Source of the DNA: an uncultured Gammaproteobacteria bacterium
GTDB taxonomy: Bacteria > Pseudomonadota > Gammaproteobacteria > GRL18
Direction of reading: 5' to 3'
Length of the DNA: 49,214 nt
Assembly (NCBI GenBank): GCA_965363935.1
Contig: CBDTVA010000001.1
Coordinates: forward strand, 1 to 49,214
Positions 28,951 to 37,111 of the stretch are shown here, one piece after another (the first letter of the stretch is position 1; the number at the start of each line of letters is the position of its first letter). The notes under the pieces are model-generated. The model was not told the origin of the DNA. It worked only from the letters and a program-made list of their open reading frames with translations, and ran no database searches. The position numbers and the translations under genes are program-made.

Positions 28951-29801
28951 GATTTTGCTCTTGCTATGGCCGTTTCCAATAATTGCAGGAAATCCTTTTG
29001 ATCACGTACCTGTGCCACTTCCTTTGATGTGACAGTATAACCATGAGGTTGTGCAATTGCCTCATAGCGTGGAATTCTGGAATGGAATAATCTGGGAAAT
29101 ATCCAGCGAGTGAAGTCATCCGGATTCATCTGGGCTGCGTATTGGAGGTCATTTTCCTGCAGATAAACAGCTAATTGATCCTGTAAGAATTCAGGCCGGT
29201 AATATAAAGGTTTCGGGGCACTTTGCGCTCGTTCAATGAGTTTGTTTTCCTCTTCTATGTCCGTCACCTTAATATAGAGGATCATCGTGTGCTGTACCAG
29301 CGTTGCTATGACTTGCGGATCATCCAGTTCACACAGACTGCCGCCAACATCATTGACGAAATGTTGATAGCCATAAATTTCCTGAGCTTTTTTGATAAAG
29401 TTTGGCACATCCATCATGGCCGCTATTTCTCCCTGACGATAACATTCCTGACGCTGGATGAAATCTTCCAGCTCAATGCCGTTCAGTTCAGGATTGCCCA
29501 GCTTACCGATATAACTGAGCACCGGACCCAGATCATGAACTTTGATATTATTTTTAATTGAAATCCAGGCATTTCTGAGCAATTCTTTCAAAAAAGGGAC
29601 TTGCATGGCCTGCTGCTTGATCATGTCCATAATGGGTTCGTCAAGATAACGTGTGCCAATACGATAATCACCGGAAAAATGGAACCACTGGGAGTCTCTT
29701 AACAGACTGGACAGGTAGGTTTTTCCCACCCCTGACATGCCTAACAGGGTGACTTTTTTGTTTTCCCAGCTGCGGAATTCATCAATACTAAATTTCATCA
29801 A
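28947..29801 (-). CDS. P-loop NTPase of unknown function (shikimate-kinase-like fold suspected)
   Basis: 284 aa. It has a Walker A motif (LLGMSGVGKTYL). No further family assignment is possible by eye. Confidence 0.6.
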   Translation of the reverse strand: MMKFSIDEFRSWENKKVTLLGMSGVGKTYLSSLLRDSQWFHFSGDYRIGTRYLDEPIMDMIKQQAMQVPFLKELLRNAWISIKNNIKVHDLGPVLSYIGKLGNPELNGIELEDFIQRQECYRQGEIAAMMDVPNFIKKAQEIYGYQHFVNDVGGSLCELDDPQVIATLVQHTMILYIKVTDIEEENKLIERAQSAPKPLYYRPEFLQDQLAVYLQENDLQYAAQMNPDDFTRWIFPRLFHSRIPRYEAIAQPHGYTVTSKEVAQVRDQKDFLQLLETAIARAKS

Positions 29802-29953
29802 ATACTCCAGATTAAGAGCAGTGTATTATCCTTGATTTAAGAGTTTGGTGGAAGCTTTGCTTTTTACCTTTTTTCTGGCGCAGAAATGATTGGCCCAAGG
29901 CAGTTTGCCTCAACAGTGAAAACTTTTAGGGATAGAGTCGAAACCCAGTGAGC

Positions 29954-30523
29954 TTAACGAATTTCTTCAATGGAATATTTTTTTTCAAATACCAGGGGGC
30001 GAATAATGGCATAACCCTGATTCTGCCAGTGAGCAAGTTCAGCAATGGCCGAGGGAGCTATTTTTACAAAACCATAAAAATCTTTTGCCGTATAGCCATA
30101 ATCTTTTGCCGCATCACCACAGACCCTGAATTCAACACCCAGTTGTTCATAGTAGCGCATCCTTTGGACGGCATTTTTATATTTAGGGTAATTTTTTTTT
30201 GCCAGAGTAACTATTTCCGTACCGTGAATGAGCACCACTATGTTCATAAATTCCGGTGCCAGGGCATAAGGTTCACCCATCATAGTGTTCATATAGGAGC
30301 GAATCCAGTAAAGGGCTGAGTGAATTTTTCCGGGCTCATCAAGAAACATTTCAAAAAGGACATTTTGTTCCCCTGAGTAAGGAGTGTCAACAAACTCGGC
30401 TTGAGGTGGTTTGGAGCTGGCTTTGCTGGCTGAACTACCTGATTCATCTGCTTGGCTTATAGTAGAGAAGAGAAAAACAAGGAGTAATATAAAACCCAGT
30501 GAAATGCTGTATCTTTTGTTCAT
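29954..30523 (-). CDS. Secreted DsrE/DsrF-like (COG1416-like) protein
   Basis: 189 aa with a signal peptide (..LFSTISQA|DE). The C-terminal ..VVLIHGTEIVTLAKK...LGVEFRVCGDAAKDYGY.. resembles the DsrE-like family, with its single conserved Cys in a V-C-G-(N/D) context. The assignment is from memory. Confidence 0.5.
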   Translation of the reverse strand: MNKRYSISLGFILLLVFLFSTISQADESGSSASKASSKPPQAEFVDTPYSGEQNVLFEMFLDEPGKIHSALYWIRSYMNTMMGEPYALAPEFMNIVVLIHGTEIVTLAKKNYPKYKNAVQRMRYYEQLGVEFRVCGDAAKDYGYTAKDFYGFVKIAPSAIAELAHWQNQGYAIIRPLVFEKKYSIEEIR

Positions 30524-30622
30524 AACTCAAATTATAGTTCGAATTTGAAAAAAGTCAGATTAGTGTGGAAATTAGTAAGCAAAGCAATTAACATTATAAG
30601 TTATTTAGAAAATAATAAATAA

Positions 30623-30865
30623 GTGAAACAAATGAAATTAATTGACAAACTTTCCTTTCCGGTTTTAATCATATTGGCGTTATTTCTCGGAACGGCACCA
30701 CTGGGAGCACAGCCGCATTTGCTGGAAAAAATAGATATGTTAATGGCAGGTACTCTGGTAAAGCCGCTGGATATTTTTGACTTGGTTTTGCACAGCACCC
30801 CCATTATTTTATTATTTGTGAAAACAATTCGCTTTGTTTTTTATAAGGAAAAAACTGAAACTTAG
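30623..30865 (+). CDS. Small hypothetical membrane protein
   Basis: 80 aa with two hydrophobic segments. There is a GTG start at 30623 and an alternative ATG at 30632. It resembles a small conserved family with a PHL.EK motif, recalled weakly. Confidence 0.4.
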   Translation: MKQMKLIDKLSFPVLIILALFLGTAPLGAQPHLLEKIDMLMAGTLVKPLDIFDLVLHSTPIILLFVKTIRFVFYKEKTET

Positions 30866-30901
30866 GGCATCCGCTCCAACCTGCGTGATCTGCTTGTGGA
30901 A

Positions 30902-31144
30902 TCAAGGCTGTTTCTCGTTTTTGACGGAATGGATGACCGTCTGGTATTCAAAATAAACACTGTACCCGGGGTAAATCCAGCGGGTAATAGGAGGGTTGCC
31001 CACGGCATCCATTTTTCTATCAGGCTCATCGGACTGACTAAGTACTGTGTTCATAGACTGTCCTCGTAATGGATAACGGGTGCTTTCGGCAAATGACAGG
31101 CTGCTCATCTGTAATAGTAACATCACAACAATTGTTATCTTCAT
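30902..31144 (-). CDS. Small secreted hypothetical protein
   Basis: 80 aa with a signal peptide (..SLSFA|ES). ..VGNPPITRWIYPGYSVYFEYQTVIHSV resembles a conserved small periplasmic protein family in gammaproteobacteria. Confidence 0.5.
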   Translation of the reverse strand: MKITIVVMLLLQMSSLSFAESTRYPLRGQSMNTVLSQSDEPDRKMDAVGNPPITRWIYPGYSVYFEYQTVIHSVKNEKQP

Positions 31145-31440
31145 GCTTTAATCCCTCGCATTATCAATAGGTATTCTTATAATTTTAGTGGATGATTAAA
31201 AAAAATCCACAGCAAAAAGCCCATTTTGTTTCCAGGGCAGGTTTTCAGGCTGAATAGAATCACAAACTGGCTCTAATGAGGTTAAAGAAAATTATTTTGA
31301 GCCCTGAGTAACAATAAACAAATAAAATAATAGATTTTATAAGTTAATTGTGTATCCTAGGTAATCATAGAAAGGTTTGATTAACTAATGTAGTTAATAA
31401 AACCCTTTGGTTTATAGCAGGTTACTTTAATTATAGATAT

Positions 31441-33669
31441 GTGCAAATGGTCTATGTAGAAGCGGTATCTGATGCTCATGACACTCCTTTGGAGCGCTTT
31501 AATGCCCTGGTGGGGAAAATCAAGGACGCTCATGAGCATGTTGATCTGGAATCTCTGTACACAGCTTTTGAATTTGCTGATGAGGCTCATCGCGGCCAAA
31601 CAAGAGCTTCTGGAGAACCTTACGTCTTCCATGTTATCTCGGTAGCAGAGATTCTGCTGTCTCTTAATCTGGATACACCTTCTTTAATGGCTGCCCTGTT
31701 GCATGATGTGGTTGAAGATACTGATGTGACCCTTGAACAGCTGGAGAAGAAATTTGGTCATGAGGTGGCGACTCTGGTTGATAGTGTCACCAAAATGAAA
31801 GCATTTGCCAATTTAAAGCCAGACATCAATGGTGCTATTAAAAAAGCAGGTTTAAAAGCTGAAAATCTGCGTAAACTCTTACTGGCTATGGCTGAAGATG
31901 TTCGGGTTGTCATGATCAAGCTGGCGGATCGCCTGCATAATATGCGTACCCTGGAATCCCTCTCTCCCCGAAAACAAAAAATTATTGCTAATGAAACCGC
32001 AGAAATCTATGCGCCACTGGCAAATCGTCTGGGTATCTGGCAGCTCAAATGGGAGCTGGAGGATTTAGCATTTCGTTACCAGGATGAGGCCAATTATAAA
32101 ATAATAGCCAAATATATAGCAGAACGTAAAGTTGACCGGGACAAATATATTAATGAAGTCGTTAATATTATTCAGGAGAAACTTAAAAAAAATCATATTA
32201 AAGGGGAGGTTACCGGGCGTTCCAAACATATCTACAGTATCTGGAAAAAGATGCACCGTAAAAATCTTGGTTTTCATCAGTTATATGATTTACGTGCGGT
32301 CAGAATACATGTCGATAAATTAAAAGACTGTTATCATGCTCTGGGTGTTGTGCATACCATTTGGCGGCATATTCCTTATGAGTTTGATGACTATATTGCT
32401 ACACCTAAAGAAAATAATTATCAATCCATCCATACCGCCGTGGTTGGACCAAAGGGCAAGACCCTGGAAATACAGATCCGCACTTATGAAATGCATAAAC
32501 ATGCGGAATACGGAGTTGCAGCGCATTGGCGCTACAAAGAAGGTGGTAAGCAACGCAGTCATTATGAGCAAAAAATTGCCTGGTTGCGTCAATTGCTTGA
32601 ATGGAAAGATGAAGAGAAAGATGCGGGCGATTTTATTGACCGCTTTAAATCCGAAGTCTTTCAGGATCGAGTCTATGTAATGACACCTGGAGGTGAAATC
32701 ATTGATATGCCGCAGGGGGCAACCCCCCTGGATTTCGCTTTTTATGTGCATACTGAAGTTGGAGCGCGGTGTCGTGGTTCTAAAGTCAATGGCAGAATGG
32801 TGCCGTTAACCTATGAATTAAAAAGCGGGGAACAGGTTCAGGTACTCACGACCAAAAATGGTTCTCCCAGCCGCGACTGGCTAAATCCGCAGTTAGGCTA
32901 TCTGAAAACTTCAAGGGCACGGGCTAAAGTAAGACACTGGTTTAAACAACAGGATCATGAACAAAATTTGCTGGCGGGCCGTGAAATTCTTGAAAAAGAG
33001 CTGCACCGCCTGGGTATTTCCAATATTTCACATGAAAAACTGGCAGTGCATTTTCAATTGGAAAAAGCAGTGCAGTTATTTGCCGAAATTGGGCGAGGTG
33101 AAATCACCACAGGACAGATTGCCTCTGCTATTCAGGAGTTGGGTGGTCATAGTGATAAAAGTGGCAAGGTTACCAAGCCGCCGGTTCAGCAAACCATTGA
33201 GTTGCTGCCACAGGGTTCGGGTGATGTGACCATCTATGGGGTGGATAATGTCCTCACCCAAATAGCACATTGCTGCAAACCGGTTCCGGGTGATGAAATA
33301 GTTGGTTTTATAACCAAACATCGGGGAATCACCATTCATCGCAGCGATTGTCACAATGTTCAACATGCTTTAGAAGAAAGCAGTGAACGTCTAATTGAAG
33401 TTGAATGGAATCATGAAATTAATCAATGCTACACCGTCATAATTGAATTGATTGCTATGGACAGACAGGGGTTGCTAAGAGACATTACGTCAATTTTAGC
33501 CAATCTGGAAATTAATGTACTGGGTGTCAATACTTCAACGAATAAGGCGGATTATTCAGCCAGGATGCGTTTGTCTCTGGAAATTGGTGGCATTGCCCAA
33601 CTCAGCAGGGCTTTGAATCGAATTGGCCAATTGCCCAATGTTATTGAGGTCTACCGGATTAGTGACTAG
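31441..33669 (+). CDS. RelA/SpoT-family (p)ppGpp synthetase with an apparently intact HD hydrolase domain
   Basis: 742 aa. HD-domain motifs: HRGQTRASGEPYVFH, HDVVEDT and IKLADRLHNMRTL. Synthetase motifs: GRSKHIYSIWKKM, DLRAVRI and YQSIHTAV. TGS and ACT domains lie at the C-terminus. The start is GTG at 31441 or ATG at 31447. Confidence 0.93.
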   Translation: MQMVYVEAVSDAHDTPLERFNALVGKIKDAHEHVDLESLYTAFEFADEAHRGQTRASGEPYVFHVISVAEILLSLNLDTPSLMAALLHDVVEDTDVTLEQLEKKFGHEVATLVDSVTKMKAFANLKPDINGAIKKAGLKAENLRKLLLAMAEDVRVVMIKLADRLHNMRTLESLSPRKQKIIANETAEIYAPLANRLGIWQLKWELEDLAFRYQDEANYKIIAKYIAERKVDRDKYINEVVNIIQEKLKKNHIKGEVTGRSKHIYSIWKKMHRKNLGFHQLYDLRAVRIHVDKLKDCYHALGVVHTIWRHIPYEFDDYIATPKENNYQSIHTAVVGPKGKTLEIQIRTYEMHKHAEYGVAAHWRYKEGGKQRSHYEQKIAWLRQLLEWKDEEKDAGDFIDRFKSEVFQDRVYVMTPGGEIIDMPQGATPLDFAFYVHTEVGARCRGSKVNGRMVPLTYELKSGEQVQVLTTKNGSPSRDWLNPQLGYLKTSRARAKVRHWFKQQDHEQNLLAGREILEKELHRLGISNISHEKLAVHFQLEKAVQLFAEIGRGEITTGQIASAIQELGGHSDKSGKVTKPPVQQTIELLPQGSGDVTIYGVDNVLTQIAHCCKPVPGDEIVGFITKHRGITIHRSDCHNVQHALEESSERLIEVEWNHEINQCYTVIIELIAMDRQGLLRDITSILANLEINVLGVNTSTNKADYSARMRLSLEIGGIAQLSRALNRIGQLPNVIEVYRISD

Positions 33670-33719
33670 CCTGAAACCTTCTCAAGGCTAGCCAATAAAC
33701 CCGGGCAGTCTGCTGATAT

Positions 33720-34988
33720 TTATTTCAGTCGGTTAATACCTAATGCTTTTAATAAATACTTTTCATAAATCGGTTCACTGGAACCGGATTTCATTTTACG
33801 GATAAAGTACTTTTCAAAACCAATTTTAGCCAGATGCACCCATTTACCTTTCTTGAACCAGGCAAGATTACGCGGCGGCATTTGTGGAATGGCAACAAAT
33901 GCCGCACCGGTATTACCCATATCTGCCAGACAAATGGCATTCCAGGTACCTTCAGTAGAAGCTTCAATACCGTTTAATTCATCGGCAATATTATGGACAA
34001 TGGCGGTTATCATTGATTCAATCATATAGCCTGTTTTAGGTGCTCCGGTCGGAACCGGGGTTACTTCAATAGGTGGGATGGCGATACAGACACCGGCAGA
34101 GAAAATATTCGGGAATTTTGGACTGCGCTGCTGTTTGTCAACTATCACAAAACCCCGTGGGTTACAGAGTCCTTCCACATTGGCAACCGCATCAACGCCC
34201 TTGAACGCCGGCAGCATCATGGCGTGTTTAAACTCCAGTTCATGTTGTTTTTTAACAGTGCCGTCTTCATTTAATTCATCAACATACATTTTGCCAGCTT
34301 CAATTTTAGTGGTCCTGGCATTACAAATCCAGTTGATAGAATGCTGCCGAAGTTCTGATTCCAGCATACCTTTGGAATCACCGACACCACTCAGTCCCAG
34401 GTGACCAATATAGGGTTCAGATGTGACCAGGGTCATAGGGACTTTATCGCGGATTTTACGTTTTTGCAGCTCCCGGTTTAAAATAAAGGCGTATTCATAG
34501 GCTGGTCCAAAACAGCTGGCAAATGGCATGGCGCCTACAATGACAGGACCCGGATCAGCTGCCAGTTTTTCAAAATCCTTAAAAGCGGTTTCAGCATGGG
34601 GCAGGGAACAAATCGATTGGCTATGTGCAGAGGGTCCGGAACCTTCCACTTCATCAAAGGCAAGTTTTGGACCGGTAGTAATAATCAAATAGTCGTAGTT
34701 TACTTTTTCGTCATTATTCAGGATGAGTTCGTTATTTTCAGGATCAATTTTGTCAACGCGATGGGCAATGAAATTGATTCCGCGTTTTTCAAGATAAGGT
34801 CTGGTTTCGAAACTAATGTCTTTTCTTTGACGCCAGCCAACTGCGACCCAGGGATTAGATGGAGTAAAGTCAAATGTTTCGTTCTCACTGACCATAGTGA
34901 TTTGGTGCTCTTTATCCAATGCATCGCGCATTTCATACGCACAAGGCATACCTCCTGTCCCTGCTCCAATAATAACGACGTGAGCCAT
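33720..34988 (-). CDS. sqr: Sulfide:quinone oxidoreductase
   Basis: 422 aa. It has the FAD-binding motif VVIIGAGTGGMP and the characteristic Cys contexts SICSLPH, FASCFGPAYEYAF and SAGVCIAIPP. Confidence 0.85.
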   Translation of the reverse strand: MAHVVIIGAGTGGMPCAYEMRDALDKEHQITMVSENETFDFTPSNPWVAVGWRQRKDISFETRPYLEKRGINFIAHRVDKIDPENNELILNNDEKVNYDYLIITTGPKLAFDEVEGSGPSAHSQSICSLPHAETAFKDFEKLAADPGPVIVGAMPFASCFGPAYEYAFILNRELQKRKIRDKVPMTLVTSEPYIGHLGLSGVGDSKGMLESELRQHSINWICNARTTKIEAGKMYVDELNEDGTVKKQHELEFKHAMMLPAFKGVDAVANVEGLCNPRGFVIVDKQQRSPKFPNIFSAGVCIAIPPIEVTPVPTGAPKTGYMIESMITAIVHNIADELNGIEASTEGTWNAICLADMGNTGAAFVAIPQMPPRNLAWFKKGKWVHLAKIGFEKYFIRKMKSGSSEPIYEKYLLKALGINRLK

Positions 34989-35504
34989 ATGATATTATCT
35001 CCTGATAAAAGTAATGATGAATAAAATGTTGTGATTGATTAATTTTTCCGTATTTCAATCATAAATTATTAAAATTAACTATTATAAATAGTGTATTAAT
35101 TGCATAATGTTAGAAAATTTGAAATAAAAATACGGAAGGAAAATTTAACCAATATTAGCTAATATGTATTAGCACTTATTGTTAATTTATATAACAGGCG
35201 AGCGCACGATGTTCTTACTTTTTTTGTAGACGTAAGTTAAATCTAACCTGGAAAATGTAATAAATTAAACAATAATAAGCTGGTTATGTCTGAGTTATGG
35301 TTTTTATTTTTTATAATAACTTTTTTTACATAAAAGTAAAGTGATTTTAAGTAAATAGAATTAAATTCAGCTAATATTATAGAGAAAACATTTTTTCCCA
35401 TTGGCTGGGCTGGCATTTTTATGTATATTTGTTCATGAATACTTATTGCCTCATCATTTAGACAGTGTAAAGGCCTTACAGATCAATGAGCTTCTGATAA
35501 CTTT

Positions 35505-36911
35505 ATGAAAACAAACCCGGTCCTGAATTTACAGGATATAGTGGATTCTTATGAAGATCCTGCCGTCATAATTTCTGATGAATATGAAATTATCAGTGCC
35601 AATTCTGCTTATCTGGATTTGTATAATCTGGATTTCCATCTGCAACATTCAGTCTCAATAAACCCTGTTGATACAATCCAGAGGGACTCAAAAGAGTTAA
35701 CTTCAGGTAAACGGCATTGTTTTGAAGTTTCTCATCATTACTCCCATAGCTGTGATCAGGAAGGTGAGTCTTGTCCATTGCAATTAGCTAAGTCGACTGA
35801 AAACAATCAGAGAGTTTTACATATCCACCATACCCGTTATGGTGCAGAACATGTTGATGTGTCTCTTTATCCGGTTCGGGAAGTTAATGGTAAGCTTTAC
35901 TTTCTGGAAGTCATGAAAACCATCAAGCATGCCAGCCCGCAGGTTGTTCAGCAAGTCATGGTTGGCAAATCTCCTGCTTTTAATAAATTGTTAGGCTTAA
36001 TCAATCGATTGGCACATTATGATATTTCGGTCTTATTGCAGGGTGAATCGGGCAGTGGAAAAGAATTAGTTGCTCATGCGGTTCATCAGGCCAGTCCGCG
36101 TCATTCATCAGCCTGTGTTACTGTAGAATGTTCAGGACTTTCTGAGTCCCTGTTTGAAAGTGAACTTTTTGGTCATGAAAAAGGTGCCTTTACCGGAGCG
36201 ATTAATAGAAAGAAGGGATTGGTCGAGGAAGCTGAAGGTGGAACTCTGTTTCTGGATGAAATTGGCGATGTTCCGATGTCATTGCAGGTCAAGTTATTGC
36301 GCCTGATAGAAACACGTACTTTTCGTCGGGTAGGAGGTATTGAACTATTAAATACTGATTTTCGTTTGATATGTGCAACGCATAAGAACCTGAAAGAAAT
36401 GGTTACTAACGGTGAATTTCGTGAAGACCTGTATTATCGAATCAGCACTTTTCCGGTTAAACTCCCTGCTTTAAGAGAGCGTCAAGCAGATATCCCTTTA
36501 CTGGTGGAGACGATTTTAGAGCGGATAACAGGACATAAGACGTTGCAAATTTCTGAAGATGTATTACTTTTTTTTACCCGACATTCATTTCCCGGTAATA
36601 TACGCCAATTGAGAAATATTCTGGAATTCGGCCGGGTAATGACAGATTCCAACATTATCGAATTACAACATTTACCGGAGGGTTTACTTGCAACTGATGT
36701 TAGTGAATCTGAAAATTCTTTGCCTGAGGACTCTTTAAGCAAGGACACTTTAGGTAAAGAGCAGGAACCTATTAAGACACTCGAACAACATGAAAGAGAT
36801 TATCTTTTGTGGTTGAATCATCACTTTAAAGGAGATAACAAAGCATTGGCTGATAAGCTTGGGGTCAGTGAAAGAACTCTATATCGCAAGATTGAAAGAG
36901 CCGAAAAATAA
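35505..36911 (+). CDS. Sigma54-dependent transcriptional activator with a Cys-containing N-terminal sensor domain (FisR-like)
   Basis: 468 aa. The AAA+ sigma54-interaction module carries GESGSGKE, ESELFGHEKGAFTGA and the GAFTGA loop. The C-terminal Fis-type HTH reads LADKLGVSERTLYRKIE. The N-terminal ~150 aa contains C72-x10-C83-x6-C90 (..KRHCFEVSHHYSHSCDQEGESCPLQ..). Confidence 0.9.
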   Translation: MKTNPVLNLQDIVDSYEDPAVIISDEYEIISANSAYLDLYNLDFHLQHSVSINPVDTIQRDSKELTSGKRHCFEVSHHYSHSCDQEGESCPLQLAKSTENNQRVLHIHHTRYGAEHVDVSLYPVREVNGKLYFLEVMKTIKHASPQVVQQVMVGKSPAFNKLLGLINRLAHYDISVLLQGESGSGKELVAHAVHQASPRHSSACVTVECSGLSESLFESELFGHEKGAFTGAINRKKGLVEEAEGGTLFLDEIGDVPMSLQVKLLRLIETRTFRRVGGIELLNTDFRLICATHKNLKEMVTNGEFREDLYYRISTFPVKLPALRERQADIPLLVETILERITGHKTLQISEDVLLFFTRHSFPGNIRQLRNILEFGRVMTDSNIIELQHLPEGLLATDVSESENSLPEDSLSKDTLGKEQEPIKTLEQHERDYLLWLNHHFKGDNKALADKLGVSERTLYRKIERAEK

Positions 36912-36934
36912 AAGTGTTCTATGGCGACTTCCTT

Positions 36935-37093
36935 AGGGCAACCTTAAAAATTAATTCACATTTCTGAGTTTCCACTTACTCATTCTATCGGCGTTACTCG
37001 TCAGTTAAATAGACTAACTATTCGCCTTTCTCGTGCCTTGATAGAATGGCAATTGAAAACACATAAACGCAAATTTATTTTTGCGGCTGCCCT
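36935..37093. repeat. 159-bp imperfect palindrome (MITE-like element or bidirectional terminator)
   Basis: The left arm (36935-36993) and right arm (37035-37093) are reverse-complementary at roughly 70-75% by manual alignment. The termini are AGGGCAACC... and ...GCGGCTGCCCT. The element fills most of the 200-bp gap between two convergent genes. Confidence 0.7.
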
Positions 37094-37111
37094 TATCTGA
37101 ACATCCGGCAG

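Noticed and set aside
35411-35426. Possible sigma54 promoter TGGCAT-N5-TGTAT upstream of the activator gene
   Set aside because: It has the -24 GG, but the -12 element is GT rather than GC. It is also on the activator's own strand, not the sqr strand. This is too weak to call.
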